64,000 bases of DNA from an uncultured Spirochaetota bacterium (GTDB taxonomy: Bacteria > Spirochaetota > Spirochaetia > SZUA-6 > Fen-1364): contig CAWJSK010000015.1 of NCBI GenBank assembly GCA_963845535.1, forward strand, positions 1-64,000, given 5' to 3'. The position numbers and the translations under genes were made by a program. Below are positions 1 to 8,391 of this stretch, in pieces. The notes under the pieces were generated by a model. That model saw only the letters and a list, made by a program, of their open reading frames with translations. It was not told where the DNA came from and did no database searches. Every line of letters starts with the position of its first letter. The first letter of the stretch is position 1.

Positions 1-11
1 CGGGAAGCAAC

Positions 12-1290
12 ATGAAGATAGCATTTGTCGGATGCTGCTACGAGAAAGATATCTATTCACACAATTTCGCGTTTCTCACGCAGATTGCGGAGAGCGGGGG
101 AATCGAGACGTGCATTGTCTCCTCGAACTGCAATTGCTTTCTTAACTCCGAGAAAATTCAAACTGGACAAGTCCGAGCTTCTTCTCAAGGCGTGCCACGC
201 AGTGACAATACCTTATATCCCGCTGAAGCCGAGCAGGAAGCACGGGTTTGTAAAGTACATGGTTGTACGATACCTCAGGCTCAACATCCCGGTGGAGATC
301 AGTCGAGGCTTGGCGTTCTGTGTGAGATGCCTGCGCAGCGACATCATTCATTTCGATCAGGTTCTCAAGGCTTTTGGAGCCGTGTCGTTTCTTACACTCC
401 TTGTTGCCGCCAAGGCTCTAAGAAAAAAAGTCATTGTTACCGTCCACGAAATTGATCCAATCCAACAGGACCACCCGCGATTGAATCGCCTCTATAATCT
501 GGCGGACCAGATAGTGGTGTTCTCGAACGCATTCTTGCGAGAGCTCATTGCCTTGGGAATCGACAGCAGCAAGGTGAAAGTCATTCCTTATTACGTGAAA
601 GTTCAGAAGCCAGAAGCGGCGCAAAGGAGGTTTCACTTCATCTTCTTCGGCGGCCATCACCTGGATCACAGCAAGGGCATCGAGACGCTTCTGCAAGCTA
701 TCAAGATCCTCGAAAAGGATCTCTTAGAAGGTCAGATACTTATTTATACGGGTGCGAAGTGCGACGGGGTTGACGAGTGTCGGACCATGGCAAAGAGCTT
801 TGGCATTGACGGGTTGATAAGGTGGAGCGAGTTTTTGCACGGGTCTGCAGCCGCTGAGGCCTACCAGTCCGCAATCGCGTGCCTCATTCCCTACGAATCA
901 GGCTCTGGAAAGTACCCGGCCTGCATGGCAATGGCGAACGGCACTCCCGTGATAACGACCAGAGACACTGACGTCAGCGAATACGTAGGGAAACATGGAA
1001 TATATGTCGAGAGGGGTAATCCATCAGCGCTCGCAGAAAGCATGTTGCGGCTCATGAGATCGGATGAGCGGTGTCGCTCGCTGTCTCAGGAACTAAATCA
1101 TCTTGCAAAAGAAAACTTGAGTTATGAGCATATCCGAGGAGAGTATCTACGGATGTATACTGAGTATCTCTGGACCTGTCCGGGCATGATCACCGTTATC
1201 GCCGTGAATCAATTTCACAATCGTAATAAGGGCGTAAAGATGCTCGGTCATTCGAATACAACAACAGTCTTATTGTTTATACATAAATGA
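12..1290 (+). CDS. Glycosyltransferase family 4 (GT-B), apparent +1 frameshift at AAAA 153-156
   Basis: ORF 12..455 gives a typical MKIAFVG start; frame 25..1290 carries VTVHE, FFGG..SKGIETLLQA and AMANGTPVITT. Removing one A at 153-156 joins the two frames. Confidence 0.8.
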
Positions 1291-1320
1291 ATTAGCCGAT
1301 AGAACGATCTCTTTGCCGCT

Positions 1321-1335
1321 TGGCACGTTTGTTGC
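1321..1335 (+). promoter_or_regulatory. sigma-54 (-24/-12) promoter
   Basis: TGGCAC-GTTTG-TTGC, exact TGGCAC-N5-TTGC consensus, 33 bp upstream of the ATG at 1369 (GGAGG RBS). Confidence 0.85.
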
Positions 1336-1368
1336 CTTGAATGCATCTGGACTCGTGGGAGGATTCAG

Positions 1369-1836
1369 ATGCGCAAAGAACCAGGACGCCAAGCAGTAGA
1401 GAATGGCTTTTCGAAATTTCGCTCATCTCGGGCCATTCTCCCTCTTCTTCTTTTTTCCCTGCTGCTTTCCGCCTGCCCCCTCTACAATCCCGCCGCTTTC
1501 AACCAACATCCAAACAGCCAGCAGCAATCCGGACCGGACGACATTGCCTCAACTGCCACCCAGGTGACTCTCGAGTGGGACCCGCCAGCATCAGGCGCTT
1601 CCCAGGTGGTCAGCTACACTCTCAGCTACAGGGCCCACGGGACCTCCGCCTGGACTTCGCTTGCGACGATTGCCGCCAGCGCGCAACCATCGTACGCGCT
1701 ACTCCGTTCGACAACCGGCGCGGGGAGCTTCGATTTCGCCGTGGTCGCCGTGGACTCAGCAGGCGTGTCGTCGCCGTTACATACATCCCTGGATCCGACG
1801 GCGGACCCGACAACAGGTTGGTATCTCACTTGGTGA
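1369..1836 (+). CDS. Lipoprotein with fibronectin type III-like domain
   Basis: Lipobox LSAC; VTLEWDPP..SYTLSYR..W..YxFAVVAVDSAGVSS FnIII pattern. Confidence 0.75.
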   Translation: MRKEPGRQAVENGFSKFRSSRAILPLLLFSLLLSACPLYNPAAFNQHPNSQQQSGPDDIASTATQVTLEWDPPASGASQVVSYTLSYRAHGTSAWTSLATIAASAQPSYALLRSTTGAGSFDFAVVAVDSAGVSSPLHTSLDPTADPTTGWYLTW

Positions 1837-1949
1837 AAATGGCGTGGCGGATCCTGGCGCTGAGTCGGAGGTTCCGAGCGGCGCGCACGGAAAGCATTTG
1901 AATCGGCAAGACCGGCTTTCAAGGTTTCGGTCTTGGGAGCGTAAAGGCC

Positions 1950-2729
1950 ATGGGAAAATCGTTGACAATTGCTCTAGCTCTCCTCGTGCTCCTTTCCGGC
2001 TGCTCCGCATTTTTCGAGACGAACATCCTGAAGGGTCTCGAGACGGTCTCCGCTCCAACGGCAGCCAACTACCAGGGACCAGGAGGTCTGGACAAGCTGG
2101 CCAAGGACCTCAGCTCCCCCGCCATCGTCGCCGCGCTCAAGGCTGATCCCGCCGCGACAGCCTCTATTGCCACATATCTGCAGACAACCTACCTCTCATC
2201 GCCCCCCCTCACGACCCCAGATCAGCAACAAGCAGCCATTCTCTACAGTGACCTCTGCCTCGAGACGACATCGGGTGACCAGCTTGTAAACAACGCCGTC
2301 ACGCTGGCCATCGGTGGGGTGGGAAATAACAAATCCGTCAAGGACATCATGCAGGGTATTGTCCCGCCTGCGGTCGCAGCTGACCCGATTGCTTTTGCAG
2401 CCATGATGGAAGGGCTTCTGAACGCAAACGACAAATATGCGCTGTTCGGCGCCAGTGTGCCGCCAGCCCCTGCGGGCATGAACACGGGGGACGTGGCCCA
2501 GAAAGCTGCCATAGCCTGGATGGTGCGCTCTGTTGTGAACACTCTGGAGACCTACCTTTCGTTGACCGACTCCGCAGCAGACAGGGCCACCGTAGAAGCT
2601 GAGATGTTTGCGCTTCTGAACAACCAATCCAACTCGATCTCCAGCGTGACGGTGCCAGATCCCTATGCTTCCCCTCCCGCCTGGTTGACGAATATCTTCA
2701 ACGCGGCTGGCACGACGCTGCCGACGTAG
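1950..2729 (+). CDS. Hypothetical lipoprotein
   Basis: Signal peptide with lipobox LSGC; 259-aa ORF directly upstream of the barrel gene. Confidence 0.75.
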   Translation: MGKSLTIALALLVLLSGCSAFFETNILKGLETVSAPTAANYQGPGGLDKLAKDLSSPAIVAALKADPAATASIATYLQTTYLSSPPLTTPDQQQAAILYSDLCLETTSGDQLVNNAVTLAIGGVGNNKSVKDIMQGIVPPAVAADPIAFAAMMEGLLNANDKYALFGASVPPAPAGMNTGDVAQKAAIAWMVRSVVNTLETYLSLTDSAADRATVEAEMFALLNNQSNSISSVTVPDPYASPPAWLTNIFNAAGTTLPT

Positions 2730-2741
2730 GCTTGAGGAAGC

Positions 2742-3935
2742 GTGAAAAGGCGCACCTTCGTGAGGAAAGCACTGTGTGCTGTTGCATTCATCATGATCAC
2801 GCCCTGTGGCGGCGCCTTTGCAGCCCAGATTGCCGAAATTCCGTTTGCGCCCGTTTCACCTGCGGTCATGGGAGGCGGGGGGTGCGCCATCACGACCGCG
2901 CAGGGGTTCGACGCGTTTTTCTACAATCCTGCCGGTCTTTCACGTGGTGGCGGCGGATTCACAACATCCTCAACGTCCTGGATCTACTCCAGACCCGATC
3001 TACTGATTTCGCAGGCAGCCCAACTGGCGCTCGGGACCGCAAACCCCACCGCCACGTTCAATTTCCTCAGCTCCCAGGTCACCTCGGGTGGTTTCGGAGC
3101 CGGATCCGCGATTGGCATCGGCTACCTCTCAGGCGGTTTCGGGCTCGGGGCGGCATTCATCATAGATTCGATGCTGTACGGGCAGACCATGCTGGGGTGC
3201 ACGGGTGATATCACGGCAACCCTTGGATTCATGACCGGGCTTTCAATCCCCTTTGATTTCGTGGGAATCAGGGTTCACGTCGGGGGAGACGTACGCCCCA
3301 TGATCCGTATTCACGCACTCATTCCCAACAGTTCCGCCGTTACTCTTGTCAACGCAATTGCCAACGGAGGAGACATCCCTGCCGCGCTCAGCTCGACGCC
3401 CGCGGTTTATGGTTCCGGCGTCGGTTTCGATCTGGGATTCATGGGGGAGGTGGGCTGGTTTTCTTTTGGGCTCTCGATCCGGGACCTGGGAGGAACAACA
3501 TTCTCCTACAGCGCGAACTCATTCGGCTCTGTTACGGGCTCTCTCGCTTCGCAGGGAAGCCTGCCGGCGGGGAGCTCGGTTTCCGACACATATACCATTC
3601 CGATGGACATCGGCATCGGGCTTTCTTTCCATCCGGATCTGGGCTCGTTCAGGCATTTCGTGGATCCTGTGCTCAGTCTGGACCTTCGAAATATAAACGG
3701 CGCCCTCGACGGCTCCGCCCTCTTCTGGACCTGCGTCCATGCGGGCGCGGAGCTCAAGGTTTTCAACCTCTTCATGCTTCGCGCAGGGATCAATCAGGGT
3801 TATCTGACGGCAGGCGCCGGCATGAAGCTTTTTGTCTTTGACCTGAACGTGGCGGTCTTCACCCAGGAGCTCGGCCAGCACCTGGGAGATCGGCCCAATG
3901 CGTGCATGACATTCAACGCTGACCTCCGGATCTGA
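2742..3935 (+). CDS. Outer-membrane beta-barrel, FadL/TraF_2/PorV-like
   Basis: Signal peptide; MGGG..A..DAFFYNPAGL N-terminal motif; amphipathic Gly/aromatic strands; LRAGINQGYLTAGAG near C-terminus. Confidence 0.7.
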   Translation: MKRRTFVRKALCAVAFIMITPCGGAFAAQIAEIPFAPVSPAVMGGGGCAITTAQGFDAFFYNPAGLSRGGGGFTTSSTSWIYSRPDLLISQAAQLALGTANPTATFNFLSSQVTSGGFGAGSAIGIGYLSGGFGLGAAFIIDSMLYGQTMLGCTGDITATLGFMTGLSIPFDFVGIRVHVGGDVRPMIRIHALIPNSSAVTLVNAIANGGDIPAALSSTPAVYGSGVGFDLGFMGEVGWFSFGLSIRDLGGTTFSYSANSFGSVTGSLASQGSLPAGSSVSDTYTIPMDIGIGLSFHPDLGSFRHFVDPVLSLDLRNINGALDGSALFWTCVHAGAELKVFNLFMLRAGINQGYLTAGAGMKLFVFDLNVAVFTQELGQHLGDRPNACMTFNADLRI

Positions 3936-4039
3936 GCTCGGCGGCCGCGCGCCGGGCTGATTCCACCGCCTCTCACCGCCTTTCGGCTGGTCGATCACGT
4001 TCCAAAGATCCCGAGACCGCAGTGGTCCGCCCCGGACAG

Positions 4040-5416
4040 TTACCTGTTCTGCTTCCAGCTCGGGTGCGTGATCCCGAAATGCTTGACTTTGTAGTTCAGG
4101 ACCCGCGTCGATAGTCCTAGAAATTTTGCCGCCTCTTTCTGCACCCATCCGCTCATAGAAAGGGCCTGAATCAGCAGGTCCTTCTCCATCTCCTCCCACT
4201 TCAATCCCCCCACGGGAATCCGCAGCGCGTTCTTGTTCAGCCTATGCTCCGGCTTGAACGGCAGGCTCAGGTCATCCGGCGTGATGGTTTCTGTGTCCGC
4301 CATGAGGACCGCTCTCTCCATGGTATTCTCCAGCTCACGGATGTTCCCCGGCCAGTGGTAGCCTTTCAGGAGCCGCATGGCCGCGGTATCAATCTTCCTG
4401 ATCTTCTTGTTCAGTGTCTGCGCGAACTTGTGCAGAAAGAACTCGCTCAGGAGCTCGACGTCACCCTCACGTTCGCGCAGGGGCGGGATTTTGATGGTCA
4501 CGACGTTCAACCGATAGTACAAGTCTTCCCGAAAACGTCCTTCCTCTATCTCGTTCTCCAAATCCTTGTTCGTGGCGGAGATGATCCGCACGTCCACCTT
4601 GATTGTCCGGTTGCTGCCCAGGCGCTCGAACTCGTGCTCCTGGAGCACGCGGAGAAGCTTGGCCTGGGTCGGAAGAGTCACGTCCGCTATCTCATCCAGG
4701 AAAACCGAGCCTCCGTTTGCCTGTTCGAAGCGCCCAATACGCATTTTTTCTGCCCCGGTAAAAGCTCCGCGTTCGTGACCGAAAAGCTCGCTCTCCAGGA
4801 GCGTGTCAGGCAGCGTTGCGCAGTTGACGCGAACAAAAGCGTTCCTGGACCTCGGGCTGCTGTAATGAATGGCTCCTGCAAGGAGCTCCTTTCCCGTGCC
4901 CGTTTCTCCGACCAGGATCACGCTCGAGCTGCTTTTAGCCACTTTCTCGACCACCGTCAGGACCTTGCGGATGCGGGGGCTGTGTCCAATGAAGTTTTTC
5001 GTTTTGTAAATCAAAGCGCGTTCACCGCGAAGAGCCTGGCCCTCCTGGTTCAAACGCTTCAGCTCGATGCCCTTGTCGACCTTGATCTCCAGCTCCGCAA
5101 GGTTGATGGGCTTGAGGATGAAATCCGTTGCTCCTTCACGGATGGCGCGAATGGCCTCGTCAAACTTGGCCCTCTCACACATTGCAATGACAACCGTGTT
5201 GACGTTGTTCTCTCTCACAACGTGCAGCAGGTTTTCCGGGGGCGCGTTGAATGCATCAACATCGAAAATTACAACGTCGAAGATATGTTGTTCGAGACGC
5301 TGCCAGAGGCTTGCGCTGTCCGGAGCCACGTCGATGTAGAATCCCTGCGCGCCGAAGTAGTGAGACAGCCGTTCTCTTAGTGCACTGTCTGCATCAAGTA
5401 TCAGAAAACTTTCCAT
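4040..5416 (-). CDS. sigma-54-dependent activator (REC-AAA+-HTH, NtrC family)
   Basis: GETGTGKE Walker A, ESELFGHERGAFTGA, FLDEI, FREDLYYRLNV, WPGNIRELEN; N-terminal receiver domain. Confidence 0.95.
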   Translation of the reverse strand: MESFLILDADSALRERLSHYFGAQGFYIDVAPDSASLWQRLEQHIFDVVIFDVDAFNAPPENLLHVVRENNVNTVVIAMCERAKFDEAIRAIREGATDFILKPINLAELEIKVDKGIELKRLNQEGQALRGERALIYKTKNFIGHSPRIRKVLTVVEKVAKSSSSVILVGETGTGKELLAGAIHYSSPRSRNAFVRVNCATLPDTLLESELFGHERGAFTGAEKMRIGRFEQANGGSVFLDEIADVTLPTQAKLLRVLQEHEFERLGSNRTIKVDVRIISATNKDLENEIEEGRFREDLYYRLNVVTIKIPPLREREGDVELLSEFFLHKFAQTLNKKIRKIDTAAMRLLKGYHWPGNIRELENTMERAVLMADTETITPDDLSLPFKPEHRLNKNALRIPVGGLKWEEMEKDLLIQALSMSGWVQKEAAKFLGLSTRVLNYKVKHFGITHPSWKQNR

Positions 5417-5614
5417 CTTGTCACACTATACCATAGCCAGGACGTGATTATCGGCTTGCGTTTTATGGCCGATAGGATTTGGAAGTACATTTTTCGTACA
5501 CGATGTTACAAAAATGTCCACAAATATCAGTTTGATGGCTAAGGGTCAACCAAGCATTTCTTATAACTATTTCCGGCGTAAGTATATAGATATCGATCCC
5601 GTTTTCTTGGTGAC

Positions 5615-5629
5615 TGGCATGATTCTTGT
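5615..5629 (+). promoter_or_regulatory. Probable sigma-54 promoter
   Basis: TGGCAT-GATTC-TTGT, 30 bp upstream of the ATG at 5660; AT-rich upstream region. Confidence 0.6.
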
Positions 5630-5659
5630 TTGGTATATTTGCAGCAAGAGGAATGAAAC

Positions 5660-5896
5660 ATGACGCAAGCACTTGGTTCCGAGACAAAATTGCACATTCT
5701 CAAGAAGAAGACGCACCTTGATCTTAGTCTCAACGATATCAGGATAATCGTGGGGTGTTTCAGGGCAGTGGCCTATCAGACAGAAGTGGATGATGAGCCA
5801 TACCTTGATGCTGACGCGCTTGTGCTGAAATCCAGACTGGAATCGCTGTACGAAAAGCTCTTGAAGGAGAATGGGAACGGCGGCAATTCGCATTGA
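5660..5896 (+). CDS. Small hypothetical protein (78 aa)
   Basis: GAGGA RBS, sigma-54-like promoter, helical amphipathic sequence. Confidence 0.65.
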   Translation: MTQALGSETKLHILKKKTHLDLSLNDIRIIVGCFRAVAYQTEVDDEPYLDADALVLKSRLESLYEKLLKENGNGGNSH

Positions 5897-6166
5897 GGCT
5901 TGCTGAAAAGAGACCAAGGCTGCTTTCGCTTCCTCTGCTTGCATAAAAACGTGTCGTGCCCCGCTAATCTCTCATTGCGTTGTCGCGTATTTCAATTACT
6001 TCCGCACAGCTCCGGTTGGTGAAAGTTGCGCAAGTGCAGCTATGCAATTTTCGTCCGTTAACAGACGACTTTTGTAATTGCTGTCGTAGTTGTAGCGATT
6101 GCAGTCGGATATCGTTCGTATTTGCTTTCTCTGAAATGAAATAGAAAAGACATCCGGGCGAGTCAA

Positions 6167-6182
6167 TGGCACGCCACTTGCA
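6167..6182 (+). promoter_or_regulatory. sigma-54 (-24/-12) promoter
   Basis: TGGCAC-GCCAC-TTGCA, exact consensus upstream of the PilZ gene. Confidence 0.88.
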
Positions 6183-6226
6183 TGCACTTTGTCAAGTGAA
6201 GGCACTTTGAACAGAGAGGTGTGCAT

Positions 6227-6565
6227 ATGGAAAGCGAAAGTGTTTCAGAAAGAAGACAGCTGCAGCGCTTTTCTATGAAAGCCTACGCTGTAGTCAAAAC
6301 TACGTCCCCAGGCGCGGAAAAGATGTTCGAGTTGTGCACACGGGACATCTCTTCCGGTGGAGCCTTCTTCCCGATGGAAGTGCCATTGCCAACGGGGGAA
6401 AAGGTGAAAATCACACTCTACCTGTCCATATCCGTTCTGGAAAAAATCGCTGACTTGCCGAGCAAGGCAAAGATCGAAACTGATGGGCAGGTCGTTCGGT
6501 CAACCGGGCGAGGAATGGCAGTAAAGTTCGCCGGTCACTACTCGATGTCACCTGCAACGTTGTAA
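6227..6565 (+). CDS. Stand-alone PilZ domain protein (c-di-GMP receptor)
   Basis: ERRQLQR (RxxxR) and DISSGG (DxSxxG) motifs; GQVVR..GMAVKF C-terminus; GAGAGGTG RBS. Confidence 0.9.
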   Translation: MESESVSERRQLQRFSMKAYAVVKTTSPGAEKMFELCTRDISSGGAFFPMEVPLPTGEKVKITLYLSISVLEKIADLPSKAKIETDGQVVRSTGRGMAVKFAGHYSMSPATL

Positions 6566-6579
6566 GGAAGGAGATTCGC

Positions 6580-7206
6580 ATGCCGTATCGATTGAATAAA
6601 GGGATCTTCGAAGTCCGCTGCCGGCACTCCGGCTGCCCCTTCACGGCACAACTGGAGATCAGAGAGAACCTGATGGGGATGACCGAGTCTGATGTCCAGA
6701 CTGAGGCCTGGAAAATGGCGAAGGACATGGCCCATGTCAAGCATGATTCCCTTCACATTGGGCGCCAGCATCCACTGGAGAACGCGGACATTCGGATGAT
6801 CTCCGGCACTATCCAGCTCACCGGGGCAGGTCCCGTCCACGTTGCGGAGGAACGCAGCGAGATGCTCGTGAGAGAGTTCATGAAGGGTGACGTGATCCTG
6901 AAAAAGGGTGACACAGCCACTGCCGTCTGCGAGGTCCTCAAAGGCGCCGCGTATCCTGTACGCAACAAACACCACCGCTACAAAGTCGGCGACTGCTTCG
7001 GGGTTGCCGCGCTCCTTCCAAAGCGCTCCCGCATGACAGACGTGGTGGCCGGAGAGGACAAGACCAAGATCGGGTTCTACCTGCTGGCTGACCTTAACAG
7101 AAGAGATCCCAAGAAAGCCAGCCAGCTCCTGAGCCGCGTGATCGAGGATACCCTGGATGTGATCGGAGAGCTGCAGGAAACCCTGGAGACAGACAGCTAC
7201 GGCTGA
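6580..7206 (+). CDS. Cyclic-nucleotide-binding domain protein with Cys/His-rich N-terminal module
   Basis: FMKGDVILKKGD..VLKG..GDCFGVAALL..RSRMTDVVA cNMP-fold pattern; N-terminal CRHSGC...HVKHDSLH. Confidence 0.75.
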   Translation: MPYRLNKGIFEVRCRHSGCPFTAQLEIRENLMGMTESDVQTEAWKMAKDMAHVKHDSLHIGRQHPLENADIRMISGTIQLTGAGPVHVAEERSEMLVREFMKGDVILKKGDTATAVCEVLKGAAYPVRNKHHRYKVGDCFGVAALLPKRSRMTDVVAGEDKTKIGFYLLADLNRRDPKKASQLLSRVIEDTLDVIGELQETLETDSYG

Positions 7207-7242
7207 CATGCTCCTGCCGGGAGCCGGGCCCTGCGCCCTGTT

Positions 7243-8268
7243 TCAGGGCACGGCTCCTGACTTGGAGAGCTTGACGAGCACTTTCACGACGTCGGGATCG
7301 AACTGGACGCCGGATTCTTTCTTGATTTCTTCGATCGCCTCTTCCACACCAAGACGCTCCCGGTAGGGCCTTTCCCTTGTCATTGCTTCGAAGGCATCCA
7401 CGACAGCGATGATCCTGCTCGCCTGGGGTATGCCGGTGCCGGAGAGCCCTTCGGGATATCCTGATCCGTCGAACTTTTCGTGATGGCTGATGACCTGGGG
7501 AATGGCTCTTTCGAGGAACGGGATCCCTTCGATCATCCTTTTTCCACTCTCCGTATGAGTCTTGATCTTCTTGTATTCGCTTGGCGCCAGGGGGCCGGCC
7601 TTGCCCAAAAGCTCCTCCGGCATTGCAAGCATCCCGAGATCATGAAGGAGCGTGCTGAGCTCGAGGATGAGAAGCTCCTCCTCCGCGAGGCCTAATTCCC
7701 TTCCGATTGCCTTCGCGATGTCGGTCACGCGCCGGGTTTTTCCGCTGGTCTGGGCGTCGCGCCTTTCGATGGCCTGGACGACCATCGTGATGGTGTCGAG
7801 GTGGGACCTGTACAGCAGCCTGTTCCTTTGCTGCAGGTGCGAAATCAAGAGCGCGTCCGTATCACGGAGCCTGGCGCTCAGTTCCCTCATGACTCGATAT
7901 GCCAGCATTGGAGCCTTGTAGAGGAGAGTGTCGAAGTTGTCTCGGGATATCTCCAGGACCGAGGTAGGTTCGAGCGCCCGTGCGGAGGCGGAACGGGGTC
8001 TCTCGTCAAGGAGGGCCATTTCTCCGAAAAAGTCGCCGTCACTCTGGACGGCGAGTACGAGGTCCTCTCCGCGCTCGAGCTTCTTCGTGATCTCGATCTT
8101 CCCCCGATAGATGATAAAGAACTTGTCCGCGGAGGAAAGCTCTTTGATGATCACAGCCCCTGTTCGGTACTTTTTGAGGAGGATGATCTCGGCGATCTGC
8201 CGAAGATCGGCCTCCGATATCTCAGAGAAGAAGGAGATTTCCTTGAGCTTCTCCAGGGGCGCTTTCGT
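7243..8268 (-). CDS. cNMP-binding + HD-GYP phosphodiesterase-like protein; apparent ACG start
   Basis: GDFFGEMALLDERPRSASARA cNMP motif; HDLG, HHEKFDGSGYPEGL, IAVVDAF. The frame stays open upstream of 8154 (LKEISFFSEIS) to ACG at 8268, preceded by AAGGAAGG. Confidence 0.88.
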   Translation of the reverse strand, partial: TKAPLEKLKEISFFSEISEADLRQIAEIILLKKYRTGAVIIKELSSADKFFIIYRGKIEITKKLERGEDLVLAVQSDGDFFGEMALLDERPRSASARALEPTSVLEISRDNFDTLLYKAPMLAYRVMRELSARLRDTDALLISHLQQRNRLLYRSHLDTITMVVQAIERRDAQTSGKTRRVTDIAKAIGRELGLAEEELLILELSTLLHDLGMLAMPEELLGKAGPLAPSEYKKIKTHTESGKRMIEGIPFLERAIPQVISHHEKFDGSGYPEGLSGTGIPQASRIIAVVDAFEAMTRERPYRERLGVEEAIEEIKKESGVQFDPDVVKVLVKLSKSGAVP

Positions 8269-8391
8269 GGCGTGCGGCCTTCCTTGCGTAGTATACGTTC
8301 AAACGATCCGGACCACAAGCACACCGACACAAGACACTCGCGGCAGGGTTGATTTTCTGCTATTCTTGGCTGAGAAAGTCGAGGTCGAAAC

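Noticed and set aside
2742..3935. Conjugative TraF implying an ICE
   Set aside because: No relaxase, T4SS or integrase nearby; better read as a spirochaete outer-membrane barrel
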